A stretch of DNA of 64,000 bases from Myxococcales bacterium (GTDB lineage Bacteria; Desulfobacterota; Binatia; UTPRO1; JBBIJE01). Where the stretch lies: positions 11,318 to 75,317 of the forward strand of contig JBBIJE010000015.1 in the NCBI GenBank assembly GCA_037446155.1, read 5' to 3'. This document shows, one piece after another, positions 28,246 to 38,148 of the stretch. The translations under genes were made by a program, and so were the position numbers. Within the stretch, counting starts at the first letter, position 1; every line of letters begins with the position of its first letter. The notes beneath the pieces were generated by a model, which made no database searches, was not told the origin of the DNA, and worked only from the letters and a program-made list of their open reading frames with translations.

Positions 28246-29352
28246 ATGGGACGGACGGGGGGATTTGCTGCGGCCCTTGGCGCTGCGGGGTTGCTGGCGA
28301 CATGCGCGGGGTGGAGAGGTGGCGATCCCGCCCCTCTTTCTTGGCCTAAGCCGCCGGACGAACCGAGAATCGTTTTCGAGGGAAGCTTACAAGGGGAATC
28401 CGATCTCCAAGGGAGCCGCCGTTTCGGATGGCTGCTCGAGGCCTTGAGAGTCGGCGAGCAGCCCGGCTGGCAGATGCGCGAGCCGGTTTCTCTTGCCGTG
28501 AGCGACTCGGGCGCTTTGCTCTGCGTTGTCGATTATCATCGGCGAAGGGTGGCTCTTTTCGATTTCCGTGAGCGAGCAGTCAGGGTACTGGGGCCCAGAA
28601 GGCTGCTCGGCAAGCCGATCGGCGTGGCGCTCGGGCCGGGGGATACCGTGATCGTCGCCGACCAGGCCAATCGCCGGCTCCTCTTCTTCGATAGCTCGGG
28701 CCGTTTTCTCCGTAGCGTCTCGATCGTGGAGGTGGAGCGTCCGATCGGGATCGCTGTGGATCGCGTTCGGGGGCGGATTTACGTGGTCGATGGCTCTACT
28801 GCGGATTCCGCCAATCACCTGGTCAGGGTTTATGACTTGCATGGCCGCTACGCGGGTAAGATAGGGCGGGGAAGGGGAAAAGAGGAGGGAGAGCTTTTCT
28901 TCCCCACCTACGTTGCTGTGGACGAGGGTGGCCGAGTGTACGTGGCCGATAGCATGAATTCTAGGGTAGCGTGCTTCGAGCCGGATGGAGCTTTTGTGAG
29001 GACGTATGGCGGGCCCGGAGCGGGACCGGCCACATTCGAAAGACCCAAAGGCATTGCGTTCGACGCTCGTGGCAACATGCACGTCGTGGATTCGGCGCGA
29101 GAGACCGTTTCGGTGTGGGACAAAGAGGGGCAATTCCTTTTCTCTTTCGGCTCCAGCGGCCGTTCGCCTGGTTCGCTTGCCAATCCGACGGCGATAGCGA
29201 TAGACAAGGGCGGCAAGGTTTATGTAGCAGATACCTTCAATTTCCGGGTCAATGTTTACAGGCTTCTCGCGACCGACTGGGGGGAGAGATTGCCTCGGGA
29301 AACGACCAGGGAAGGGGATGCGGGGTGCCTTGCGATTCGCGGGAAGGGGTGA
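28246..29352 (+). CDS. NHL-repeat 6-bladed beta-propeller protein, probable lipoprotein
   Basis: LLATC lipobox-like; WPKPPDEPRI; repeated PxGIAxD...YVAD..N.RV units. Confidence 0.88.
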   Translation: MGRTGGFAAALGAAGLLATCAGWRGGDPAPLSWPKPPDEPRIVFEGSLQGESDLQGSRRFGWLLEALRVGEQPGWQMREPVSLAVSDSGALLCVVDYHRRRVALFDFRERAVRVLGPRRLLGKPIGVALGPGDTVIVADQANRRLLFFDSSGRFLRSVSIVEVERPIGIAVDRVRGRIYVVDGSTADSANHLVRVYDLHGRYAGKIGRGRGKEEGELFFPTYVAVDEGGRVYVADSMNSRVACFEPDGAFVRTYGGPGAGPATFERPKGIAFDARGNMHVVDSARETVSVWDKEGQFLFSFGSSGRSPGSLANPTAIAIDKGGKVYVADTFNFRVNVYRLLATDWGERLPRETTREGDAGCLAIRGKG

Positions 29353-30413
29353 GGGTGCCAAAAGGGCGGGGAATCCAGGTCGCTGGGCTTTTGGCGAGGG
29401 CGCCTTTCGGGGTGGAAACCGGGGTTGCACTGCTTTGCGCTTTGCTGTGCGGGTGTGGAGGGTTGATGGCCGAGCCGGTTTCGCCGCCGAATCTGGTCTG
29501 GCCGCCCCCGCCTGCAACCCCTCGGGTAGCCTTTGTTCGGGCGATAACGGGGCCTCGGGACCTCGGCATCAAGCCCTCGTTCTGGCAGCGGCTGCGAGAG
29601 GCGGTCGGAGGCGAGCGGCCGCCCGCGATGATCAGGCCGTCGGCAGTCGCGGTCAGTGGTGATCTGCTCGGGGTCGCCGATCCGGGCGCGGCAGGGGTTC
29701 ACATCTTCGATCGCGGGAAGTCCTCGTACAGGTTCGTTTCTCGCTGCGGCGGGCGCCCCCTGGTGCAGCCGGTCGGCGTCTGTTTCCTGGCGGGTAAACT
29801 TTACGTTTCGGACTCGGCTTTGCGGGCGGTCGCCGTCATGGATCCCTCAGGCGAGTGCCTTGCGAGCTGGGAGCCGCTCGAGCGGTGGCGTCCCACGGGG
29901 CTTGCAACCGACACCGGTAGAAACCGGGTCCTTGTGGCCGATACCGGGGCTCACAAGATTCGCGTTTTCGGCGCGGACGGACTGCTGGTGGAGGAATTCG
30001 GACGGCGCGGTAGCGCGCAGGGGGAGTTCAACTTTCCCGGTTGGCTCGCCGTCGCGAGAGATGGCTCGCTCTACGTCGTGGACTCCCTGAACTTCAGGGT
30101 CCAGGTGCTCGACGCCGCCGGCAGGCCGATCGAGGTTTTCGGGGAGGCGGGGGACTCGGCCGGGTTTTTCGCCCGGCCAAAGGGGATAGCCCTCGACGGC
30201 GGCGGTCGCATATACATCGTAGACGCTCTGTTCGACGCAGTGCAAATATTCGATCGAGACGGGCGCTTGCTGCTCGGATTCGGCGGGCGTGGGACCGCCC
30301 CTGGGCAGTTTTGGCTCCCCTCGGGAATCTTCATAGACGAGCACGATTTCATCTACGTGGCCGACTCGTACAACAAGCGGGTGCAGGTTTTTCGCGTGCT
30401 CCAAGGGCCGTGA
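29349..30413 (+). CDS. NHL-repeat 6-bladed beta-propeller protein, probable lipoprotein
   Basis: GTGA overlap with the previous gene; LLCGC; WPPPPATPRV; NHL repeats. Confidence 0.88.
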   Translation: MRVPKGRGIQVAGLLARAPFGVETGVALLCALLCGCGGLMAEPVSPPNLVWPPPPATPRVAFVRAITGPRDLGIKPSFWQRLREAVGGERPPAMIRPSAVAVSGDLLGVADPGAAGVHIFDRGKSSYRFVSRCGGRPLVQPVGVCFLAGKLYVSDSALRAVAVMDPSGECLASWEPLERWRPTGLATDTGRNRVLVADTGAHKIRVFGADGLLVEEFGRRGSAQGEFNFPGWLAVARDGSLYVVDSLNFRVQVLDAAGRPIEVFGEAGDSAGFFARPKGIALDGGGRIYIVDALFDAVQIFDRDGRLLLGFGGRGTAPGQFWLPSGIFIDEHDFIYVADSYNKRVQVFRVLQGP

Positions 30414-30626
30414 AACCTCGACTTGAACTTGCTCGTTGCCCGGGTGCGCAGCGAGCGCGGGGCTAAAAAGCACCCGCCGCCCCTGGGTGATGGGAGCCTC
30501 GCTTCCCGAGGCCGCCTATTTCTCGCCTCGATCGGGCGACCGGCCTACGAGTCGGCGGGAAACTGCGCTTGCCTTCGCGGCCGGGCGGCACCTGCGATCT
30601 CTCGCCGGCTCGCTCTTTGTATGGTA

Positions 30627-31370
30627 TCAGATGCCTGATCCACCCTCTTCGCCGGTGTGCAGGCCGCATTCTCGGGTCTCGGCACTTTCCCACCACCAAC
30701 GGCCGGCGCGAATGTCCTCCCCAGGGCTCACGGCACGCGTGCAGGGCTCGCACCCGATGGATGGGTAGCCGATGTCGTGCAGCCTGTTGTAAGGGACCTT
30801 GTTGGCTCTCACGTAATCCCAGACCTGTTTCTCCGTCCACGCCGCCAGGGGGTTCACCTTCAAGATTCCTCCATGGGCCTCGTCGATTTCTAACAGGTCC
30901 ACACCGGTGCGCGTGACCGACTGTTCGCGGCGAAGGCCCGTTATCCACGCCTCGAGCCCAGCGAGCGCGCGGCCCAAAGGCTCCACCTTGCGGATACCGC
31001 AGCATTCCTTGCGGTTTTCGATGCTTTCCCTGAAGGAGTAAAATCCCTTCTTGCGTTCCAGTTCTTCGACCTTCTCGCGATCCGGGAAGTAAGAGACTAT
31101 TTCGATGTCATATTTTACCCTGATCCTCTCCATTACCGTGTAGGTGTCACCGTGCAGACGCCCCGTGTCGAGTGTGAAGATGCGCGGCTTGGGCTCGATC
31201 TTGCACATCATATCGATGATCGCCACGTCCTCGACACCGAAGCTCGAGGCGAGCGCCACCTGCTCGCGAAACTCCCCCATGACGAAGCGCAAAAGGTCCT
31301 GGGGCGGCCTACCGGCAAACTCTTGGTTAAGCTCCTTTACTCGCTCCGGGGTGAAAGTGTTCCGACTCAC
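30627..31370 (-). CDS. cysH: Adenylyl-sulfate / phosphoadenylyl-sulfate reductase (4Fe-4S, APS-type)
   Basis: LDTG, ECCGIRKVEPL, WITGLRREQS, SIGCEPCT, RAGRW, ECGLH. The CC and CxxC cluster ligands indicate the APS-reductase type. Confidence 0.93.
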   Translation of the reverse strand: MSRNTFTPERVKELNQEFAGRPPQDLLRFVMGEFREQVALASSFGVEDVAIIDMMCKIEPKPRIFTLDTGRLHGDTYTVMERIRVKYDIEIVSYFPDREKVEELERKKGFYSFRESIENRKECCGIRKVEPLGRALAGLEAWITGLRREQSVTRTGVDLLEIDEAHGGILKVNPLAAWTEKQVWDYVRANKVPYNRLHDIGYPSIGCEPCTRAVSPGEDIRAGRWWWESAETRECGLHTGEEGGSGI

Positions 31371-31511
31371 TGCTCCGTTCTCCTCGCTGTCAAGTCCCGA
31401 AAAAAAGACTGGCGGCGTTAGGCGGTGCCTGGCCGCAAGCTCGTACGACCGCCCATGCTCTTACGGCCCTGGGTCAAAGTCAAGCCGCGGCTGCCGAGAC
31501 CCAAGGCGGCT

Positions 31512-33104
31512 TTACCCCGGCCCCAGGTGCACAGTCTCGTAGGTTTCGAAGCTCGCCTCTCCGCTCTTCCAGCAGCCCGCGGGCGACCCCTGTTTGCGGC
31601 AAAGCCTGGATAGAAACTCCTCAGCGTCTGGCAGTTCCTCCCAGACCTCGGGGAGATAGGTCGAGCGGTGGCCGCGAAAGCTCAGCACCACTCCGTCGAT
31701 ACCTGGCCGCAGAAGTCTCGTTACCTCCTCGCCCGGTGCCACCGCGAGCGGCCGAAGGGGGGACAGAATCGATATCTCGACCGTGATGTTCCCGAGCTCC
31801 TCCTCCGTGACCGGCGAAAACCGGCGGTCTTGGGAGGCGGCGGCGATTGTGTTTTCCCGCACGTCGAGCCACAGCGGCCGGCTAGGTTGCAGGGAGCCTA
31901 TACAACCTCGCAAAAAGCCCCCCTTTTTCAAGGTGACGAACGTGGCTCGCGCGCGGTAAAAGCTCGGAAACCTCTTTAGCTCCTCCTCGCTCGGGCTGTA
32001 AGTCACCCGGCGCGTCACGAACTGCGTAAGCGTTTTTCGCGCCAAGTCGAGAAGGGCGGCTCTTTCGTTCGGCGCGAGCGAAGACGTCGAAGGACGAAAC
32101 GCCACGGCCGCGTACCCGACGACTCGGTCCGTCTCCCCCGTCACATCCCCCGAGTTCTTGTAAGTTACAAGATCGGGCTCGAGCCCTCTTACCCGCGCCA
32201 GTTCCAGAAGTATCAGCAGCAGGCTGTTTCTATCCGTCGAATCGGTCGTGCACCGGGAAACCCGCGCCCTATCCTTGGCGAGCAAGGCATCGAGGCAGGA
32301 GCGGTCCAGAGCCACGGCGCGCTCGTAGGGAAAGTAATGAGAGAGGTCCAAGCTGAACACGTACAGAGGCTTCTCTCCTCCTTGCCGGTGGAGAATTTCG
32401 GCGATTTCGACGATCTCGGCATCGTTCAAGGTTCCTAGCACCATAGGTACGATCTCGAACCCCTCGTTGCCTGCCTGCTTGCCTAGCTCTACCAGAAAGG
32501 GGAGCTCGACTTCGACCATATGCATCGAGTTCGCTGGCTCGTTCACCAGAAAGAGCGGGTTCTCGATGAGCTTGCGGGTAAGAGGCGCCACGGTGATGTC
32601 GGCCCCCGGCACATGGTAAATGTCCGAGTCGTCGAGCGAGACGCCATGGTAGCGCGCGCCAGGATTGTGGTTCGCCGTGAGAATAAAGACCCGGCTGAAA
32701 TCGGACGGGGCCTGGGCGAAACCATCCGCGGCCACCTGCCCGGAGAAGGCGTATCCGGCGTGGGGAACCAGCAAAGCCTCGGCTCGCTCGCCCGGCTTGC
32801 GCGGAGCCTTCTCGAAGAAATTCTTGACCGCGGCCTCGAGCTTGGCCGGATCGGCCGGATAAAACTGGCCCGCCACCGCCGGTGGTCGGATCTTGGGAGG
32901 GTTCGCCCGGCAGGCGCAGACCCCGAGCGTCACGGCGCAGAAGAAACCGAGAAAGGAGCAAAACGTGGCGGCCGCTCCGCCTACCAGCGGCTTCCCTGGC
33001 CTCGCTTGCGGGCGGCTGCCCGGCTCGCTCGCCCCCTTCTTCCCACGCCCCCCCCGCACGACCCGCCCCCTCAGACCCAAACGCCGGGAATCTCCTCTCC
33101 GCAA
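31512..33104 (-). CDS. amrB: AmmeMemoRadiSam system protein B (Memo-like) fused to protein A (AMMECR1-like); start uncertain, possibly 33059 or later
   Basis: IRPPAVAGQFYP, VPHAGYAFSG, SLDLSHY, SGDVTG..VVGY (Memo domain); ATFVTL..LRGCIG, DRRF, STYLPEVW (AMMECR1 domain). Confidence 0.9.
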   Translation of the reverse strand: MRRGDSRRLGLRGRVVRGGRGKKGASEPGSRPQARPGKPLVGGAAATFCSFLGFFCAVTLGVCACRANPPKIRPPAVAGQFYPADPAKLEAAVKNFFEKAPRKPGERAEALLVPHAGYAFSGQVAADGFAQAPSDFSRVFILTANHNPGARYHGVSLDDSDIYHVPGADITVAPLTRKLIENPLFLVNEPANSMHMVEVELPFLVELGKQAGNEGFEIVPMVLGTLNDAEIVEIAEILHRQGGEKPLYVFSLDLSHYFPYERAVALDRSCLDALLAKDRARVSRCTTDSTDRNSLLLILLELARVRGLEPDLVTYKNSGDVTGETDRVVGYAAVAFRPSTSSLAPNERAALLDLARKTLTQFVTRRVTYSPSEEELKRFPSFYRARATFVTLKKGGFLRGCIGSLQPSRPLWLDVRENTIAAASQDRRFSPVTEEELGNITVEISILSPLRPLAVAPGEEVTRLLRPGIDGVVLSFRGHRSTYLPEVWEELPDAEEFLSRLCRKQGSPAGCWKSGEASFETYETVHLGPG

Positions 33105-34246
33105 GGACAGCGACCCCCGACCAGATTGTTTCGCACTACCAGGTACCCCCTACGCTCTATGAGCAACCGGCCGTCTCGCGGACAGTAGGTATTTTCTGCC
33201 TCGTGATTCGGGACGTTCCCCACATAGACGAACTTGAGTCCCGCTTCAAGGGCCCGCCGCCTCGCCTCCTCGAGGGTCGCAACCGGCGTCGGGGGCAGCG
33301 TGCGCAGCCGATAGTCGGGATGAAAGCGCAGAAAATGAAAGGGCACGTCGGCACCCACCTCGCGCGCGATCCAGTGACACAGGCGGGATACGTCGCCCAT
33401 GTCGTCGGAGACACCGGTGACGAGAAGATTACTCAGCTCCAGCCACACCCCCTCTTCTCTGATAATCTTGGCGGCTTTGAGGACCGGGTCGAGTCTTCCC
33501 TGCGACAACTTGCGATAGATTCTTCTGCTGAAGGCCTTGAGGTCGAGGGTCACCGCATCCACCGAGCACAACAGGGCGCGCAGCGGCTCCTCGCTTATGT
33601 ATCCTGCGGTGACCAGGACGTTGCGGATGTGGCTTGCCCGCGCCAAAGCGGCGGAGTCGGCGACGTACTCGTAAAAGACGATGGGTTCCGAGTAGGTGTA
33701 AGCGATCGCCCCGATGCCTCTCGCCCGTGTAAGCGCTACCAGTTGCTCGGGCATGAGATCGGCATTTTCCGTGTCCTCCGGTCTCTTCTGCGAGATCTCC
33801 CAGTTCTGGCAGTTGAGGCAGCGCAAATTGCATCCCGCCGTCGCGAGCGAGAGGATGGGCATGGTGGGCAGGAAATGGAAAAGGGGCTTCTTTTCTATCG
33901 GATCGAGATGGATGGAGCAGGGGTTGCCGTAGGCGATCGTGTGGAGCCTGCCTCCCTTTACCACGCGGGTGCGGCAGAAACCGCGATCGTTCTCCCCGAG
34001 GATGCACAAGTGGGGGCAGAGCAGGCAGCGCACGAGCTTCCCCTCGCGTTCGTAGTAATCCGCCTCTCGACACCAGCGCCAGAGTGCGACCGGGGCGTCG
34101 TTGCGAAAACCGATCGAGAAGCCGCTGCGCCCCGGGTGCAGGAAAAAGTCGTCGAGAACCTTGAAGCCCACCAGGGCGGAGCCGGCGCCTACGATTGCCC
34201 GGCGCACGAAGAGCCGTCGCGAGATCGATTCCTCAAAAGCGCCCAT
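33071..34246 (-). CDS. amrS: AmmeMemoRadiSam system radical SAM enzyme
   Basis: CLLCPHLC, DPIEKKPLFHF, GCNLRCLNCQNWEISQ (CxxxCxxC), AYTYSEP, RFHPDY, YVGNV. Confidence 0.93.
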   Translation of the reverse strand: MGAFEESISRRLFVRRAIVGAGSALVGFKVLDDFFLHPGRSGFSIGFRNDAPVALWRWCREADYYEREGKLVRCLLCPHLCILGENDRGFCRTRVVKGGRLHTIAYGNPCSIHLDPIEKKPLFHFLPTMPILSLATAGCNLRCLNCQNWEISQKRPEDTENADLMPEQLVALTRARGIGAIAYTYSEPIVFYEYVADSAALARASHIRNVLVTAGYISEEPLRALLCSVDAVTLDLKAFSRRIYRKLSQGRLDPVLKAAKIIREEGVWLELSNLLVTGVSDDMGDVSRLCHWIAREVGADVPFHFLRFHPDYRLRTLPPTPVATLEEARRRALEAGLKFVYVGNVPNHEAENTYCPRDGRLLIERRGYLVVRNNLVGGRCPCGEEIPGVWV

Positions 34247-37200
34247 CTCGTCGCAACTGGGTACCCGCCGGGCGTGGCTTGCTGGCTGGGATTCGATTCA
34301 ACAGGGCGTGCGCGAGATCGCAGGACGCGCCGACCGGGCAGAGCAGGTTGCAAAAAGACTTCGGGACCCAGCGATTCAGCACCAGCAGCCCCGCCGTTAC
34401 CGCCAATACGATCGAACTTACCGAATACGCATTCTTGAATAGCACAGAATAGAGATCGGTGGAAAGCGGCGACTCGTTGGCCGCACCGGCGGGCATGGCG
34501 AAGTAGGCGTAGCAGACGAAGGCGAGGACGCCGAGGCGGATTCCATGCGAAAGGCGCCTCGGCCAGCGCGCAAGCGCCTGCTTCCCTGCTCGCGACTCCA
34601 ACAGAGCGCCGATCGGGCACAGTCGTAGGCACCAGGAATACGAGCCGAGATTCATGAGAAACGCCGCCGGGACCCAAAACGGCCGCAGATACCCGAATAC
34701 GCAAACCCGCGGGCAGACATGGCAGAAGAGATAAGGGACCTGAAAGTAGCAGTGCAAGAGCGGATAATAAGTCGGAAGCGAAAAGATGGCCACCGCGAGG
34801 TGCTGTGCCGGGCGGGAGACTACCGCCCTGCGAAAAACGGAGAGCCAGGCAAGGCGAGCCCTGCCGTCCCAGCTTGCCGGCCGAAGCTCTAGGGTCAACG
34901 AGAGACCGAGAAAAAGAACCGAGAGGATAAGTACGTGATACCCTTTCGAAAAAGACAACCCGTAGACCGCCATTTCCGTGCCGGGCGCGATGACGAGCGC
35001 GGCGGCCGCGAGCAGAAGAAGAAAGGAGGTCAAGCCGATGGAGATGGGCTGCGGCTCGAGGGCCCGGGCTCTCCAGGCGCCGGTCGGGCTCGGGGCCAGC
35101 AGCCAGAGGAAACTTGCGGCCTTGACCGCGGCCACGAGCAGGCACACGTTGACGATGCCGAGCAGCGGAACCAAGAGGACGCCGGCGGTCGCCGCGCCGA
35201 CCGAGGCGCCGATAAGGTCGGCGGCATAGAGCTTGGATGCGCTCCCCTTAGCCGCACGATCGAGACCCGCCACCGCGAGCGGAAACTCCGCTCCGGTGAG
35301 AAAACCGAATGTCGCGAGCAGGAGCGAGAAAGCGAGCGTTCCCTCCACGTAGTGTAGGATACTGTCGAAGCCCAGGGCGAAGAGCGCCGCCGTACCTGCA
35401 GCCGATATGGCGCTCGCCGCCTCGAGCGACCTGAGCCACCGTATCTCCTGACCGGAGCCGGCGCGTCCGAGGGCCGCAGCCGCGCCGGCGGCGGTTCCGA
35501 GCATGAAGGCTGCGACGAGAATGCCCATTTGGAGGAAGAGGGAGCCGCGGATCATCTGAAAGCCCAAGAGGAGGCAGAACTCCATGGCGAGCGAGGCGAA
35601 GCCGCTGCTCAAGATCGCCCCGCGCACCGGTGCGCCCCGCCCCACGACCGCGTTTCTAACTGCAACCGCCCCGACCAGCAAAAAAGCGACCCCAAGCCAC
35701 AGAGCCGATCCTCCGAGTTCCGCCAGCCAGCGGGCCAGGTAGAGCCGATAGAGGGACGGTTCCAAGTCGCGGTTCACCGGGCCCGGTTGCCTGAGCTCGG
35801 CCGCAAGCCGAGCCACTCTCTGCGGCGTCACTTGCGTTCCCATGTAAGCCCGGTTTACGTAACGGGTGCCGATTCCCCTCTCTTCCAGGGAGGTGAAAAC
35901 GTCGGCGTGGAGGGGTTCGGCGGAACCGAGAAAAACCAGACGCCCGGCCGGGAGGACGAGGGTGTGGGGAAACACGCTCGCCAGGGTCTGCGCGAGCGCT
36001 CGGTTGAGCTTGCGGCTTTCGGGGCCGCGGTAGTTCTCCGATCCCTCTATGGTAAAAGCAACAACTCCCCCGGGACGCAGGATCTCTTCCAGCTCGGTAA
36101 AGAATTCCAGCGTGAAGAGGCGGTTCAGCGTCGTGGTCGCGGGATCCGGGGCGGCCGAGATGATGACATCGTAGGGCTCGTGGTGCCGCCTGGAAAAACG
36201 CCTCGGATCGTCCACTATCACCCTGAGCCGAGGGTCCTGCACCGCGCCGCTTACCGCCTCGGCCAGCTCGAGCATGGCCGAATCTATCTCGACGTCGTCG
36301 ATCGCGCGTACAGGGTATTTCAGGATCTCCGCGACCGCCCCGGATGCGGCCCCCTCGAATACGAGGACGCGCCTTGCGTCGGGCCGCTGCGCCATGGCGA
36401 AGTGAACCGTCTCTTCGGCCGCGCGCGCGGCTTCGCTGCTCGCCACGGGGGATCCGTTGGCGAAGAGGTTCAACTGCGAGCCGGCTCGGGTGAGGACGAG
36501 ATTGGCATAGGGGGAAGCGATCTCGCGGACGATTTCCTGACCGGGGAAAGCGTGGCGAAGCAGAAGGTGCCTAGTGCCAAAGGTGTACGTTGCAACGACC
36601 AGGAAGGCGGCAAGCGATAGGATCGCCACGACCGCCCCCCTTGCGCCTCGCTGCCAGGAAATGGCGGCGGCAGCGGCGGCACTTGCGGCTGCCGGCAAGC
36701 AAACCAGAGCGAAGACGGGGAGATACACGAGGCCGGCCAGCGTGTAAAGGACACCGCCAGCCACGGCACCGAACGTCTCGGCGAGATAGACGCGGCCGGG
36801 CAGACTCGACTCGGGCGACCACGCCGCCGCCTGGCTGAAGAGGGCACCGAATACGAGGGAAGCCGGAAGGAGCACCAAGAGAGCGCAGCAGAAGATCGCG
36901 CCGAGCGACGGTGTGGTGCCCGCGAACACCCACGCGCGAATGAGCCTTATGGCGGCCACCTGAGTCGGCGCAAGGGGAATGGAGAGAACGAGTAACGCGA
37001 GAACCCCGCCTCGGCCGCGCGGCACAAGCCCTCCAATCCACGCGCCAGCCGCCGTGAGAAGGAGGGAGCTTGCGAGGAAAGTTCCGATGACCAACTCGTT
37101 GCCGCCGATCGAAGCGACGAACTCCCGCAAGCTCACAAGTTGCGCCAGCATGGAGGCAAAACCGAGCGTGGCGCCCGCTACGAGCGCCGGCTTCCCAAGG

Positions 37201-37295
37201 CGCGAAGACCGCCCTTCTTCACTGCCGCGCATAAACTTGCGATGCAAAGACCTGTCGCTAGCGCCTAGGCTAGCCCGGGCTCTGGGGTCGGTCAA
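34233..37295 (-). CDS. Fused membrane / spermidine-synthase-like SAM-fold protein with C-terminal Cys-motif (4Fe-4S-binding type) membrane domain
   Basis: GNELVIG, SPYANL, EETVHFAM, VEID, PDP...NRLFTLEFF, VNRDLEP, YAADLIG; C-terminal CHVCPRVC, WCLRLCPIG, FCNLLCPVG. Confidence 0.8.
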   Translation of the reverse strand: MTDPRARASLGASDRSLHRKFMRGSEEGRSSRLGKPALVAGATLGFASMLAQLVSLREFVASIGGNELVIGTFLASSLLLTAAGAWIGGLVPRGRGGVLALLVLSIPLAPTQVAAIRLIRAWVFAGTTPSLGAIFCCALLVLLPASLVFGALFSQAAAWSPESSLPGRVYLAETFGAVAGGVLYTLAGLVYLPVFALVCLPAAASAAAAAAISWQRGARGAVVAILSLAAFLVVATYTFGTRHLLLRHAFPGQEIVREIASPYANLVLTRAGSQLNLFANGSPVASSEAARAAEETVHFAMAQRPDARRVLVFEGAASGAVAEILKYPVRAIDDVEIDSAMLELAEAVSGAVQDPRLRVIVDDPRRFSRRHHEPYDVIISAAPDPATTTLNRLFTLEFFTELEEILRPGGVVAFTIEGSENYRGPESRKLNRALAQTLASVFPHTLVLPAGRLVFLGSAEPLHADVFTSLEERGIGTRYVNRAYMGTQVTPQRVARLAAELRQPGPVNRDLEPSLYRLYLARWLAELGGSALWLGVAFLLVGAVAVRNAVVGRGAPVRGAILSSGFASLAMEFCLLLGFQMIRGSLFLQMGILVAAFMLGTAAGAAAALGRAGSGQEIRWLRSLEAASAISAAGTAALFALGFDSILHYVEGTLAFSLLLATFGFLTGAEFPLAVAGLDRAAKGSASKLYAADLIGASVGAATAGVLLVPLLGIVNVCLLVAAVKAASFLWLLAPSPTGAWRARALEPQPISIGLTSFLLLLAAAALVIAPGTEMAVYGLSFSKGYHVLILSVLFLGLSLTLELRPASWDGRARLAWLSVFRRAVVSRPAQHLAVAIFSLPTYYPLLHCYFQVPYLFCHVCPRVCVFGYLRPFWVPAAFLMNLGSYSWCLRLCPIGALLESRAGKQALARWPRRLSHGIRLGVLAFVCYAYFAMPAGAANESPLSTDLYSVLFKNAYSVSSIVLAVTAGLLVLNRWVPKSFCNLLCPVGASCDLAHALLNRIPASKPRPAGTQLRRDGRF

Positions 37296-37419
37296 ATCGC
37301 AAACGGCGCCTCGAGCCGGCAGCTCGAGTCACCCCCATGGGTGCGGGCTGGAGGGTTGACAGGCGAGGGAGGTCTCCATATTCGAGAGATGTCGAGTCCA
37401 CGGCGGAAGGGGGCGCAGT

Positions 37420-38112
37420 ATGACTGCGAGCGGATCGGTGGCCTTGTGGGGTATCCTTTTCGTTGGCACGCACATGCTCTTGCCCAGCCGCTCGGTGCGG
37501 CCACGGCTCGTAAGCCTCCTCACGGAGAGAGGCTACCGGCTTCTCTACTGGATCGTGAGTCTCGTCACCTTCCTCCCTTTCGTCGTTCTTTTCGCCCGCC
37601 ACAAGGGGACGGGGGCGGTTCTTTGGAGCACCGCCTCCGGGTCGGCCGTTTGGTGGCTTAGCCACCTTCTCATGATAGTCGGCCTCGCGATCTTCATCGC
37701 CGGTCTTATGGTTAGAAGCCCGGCCAGCATGTTCGGTGGTAGCACCGAGGTCAAAGGGATCTTGAAAGTCACCCGCTCGCCGGTTTTCGTCGGCCTTAGC
37801 CTCTTCGGGATCTCGCACATGTTGGTCAACGGCTCGACGGTGGATCTCATCTTCTTCGGAAGCTTCCCATTGCTAGGCCTCCTAGGCGGCTGGCACCAGG
37901 ACCGGCGCAAATTGGCGGAGCAGGGTTCGCCCCTTTCCCGGTTCATAGAGCAGACGTCGCTCCTTCCGGCTGTGGCGCTGGCCTCGGGGAAGCAAAGATG
38001 GAGCGCCGCCGACACGCCCTGGCTCGCGATCGTAATTGCTTTGGCGCTTTACGTCGTTTTGGTCTTCCTAGGGCTCCACGCAGCCCTTTTGGGCGGCGAC
38101 CCGCTAGGGTAG
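37420..38112 (+). CDS. NnrU family membrane protein
   Basis: LFVGTH, YRLLYWIVSL, GILKVTRSP, SHMLVNG, QDRRK, TSLLP. TTGACA-N17-TATTCG at 37356-37384 upstream. Confidence 0.85.
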   Translation: MTASGSVALWGILFVGTHMLLPSRSVRPRLVSLLTERGYRLLYWIVSLVTFLPFVVLFARHKGTGAVLWSTASGSAVWWLSHLLMIVGLAIFIAGLMVRSPASMFGGSTEVKGILKVTRSPVFVGLSLFGISHMLVNGSTVDLIFFGSFPLLGLLGGWHQDRRKLAEQGSPLSRFIEQTSLLPAVALASGKQRWSAADTPWLAIVIALALYVVLVFLGLHAALLGGDPLG

Positions 38113-38148
38113 TGTGCACCTCTGGTCACCGGCGCCTCGCCTCTTTTT

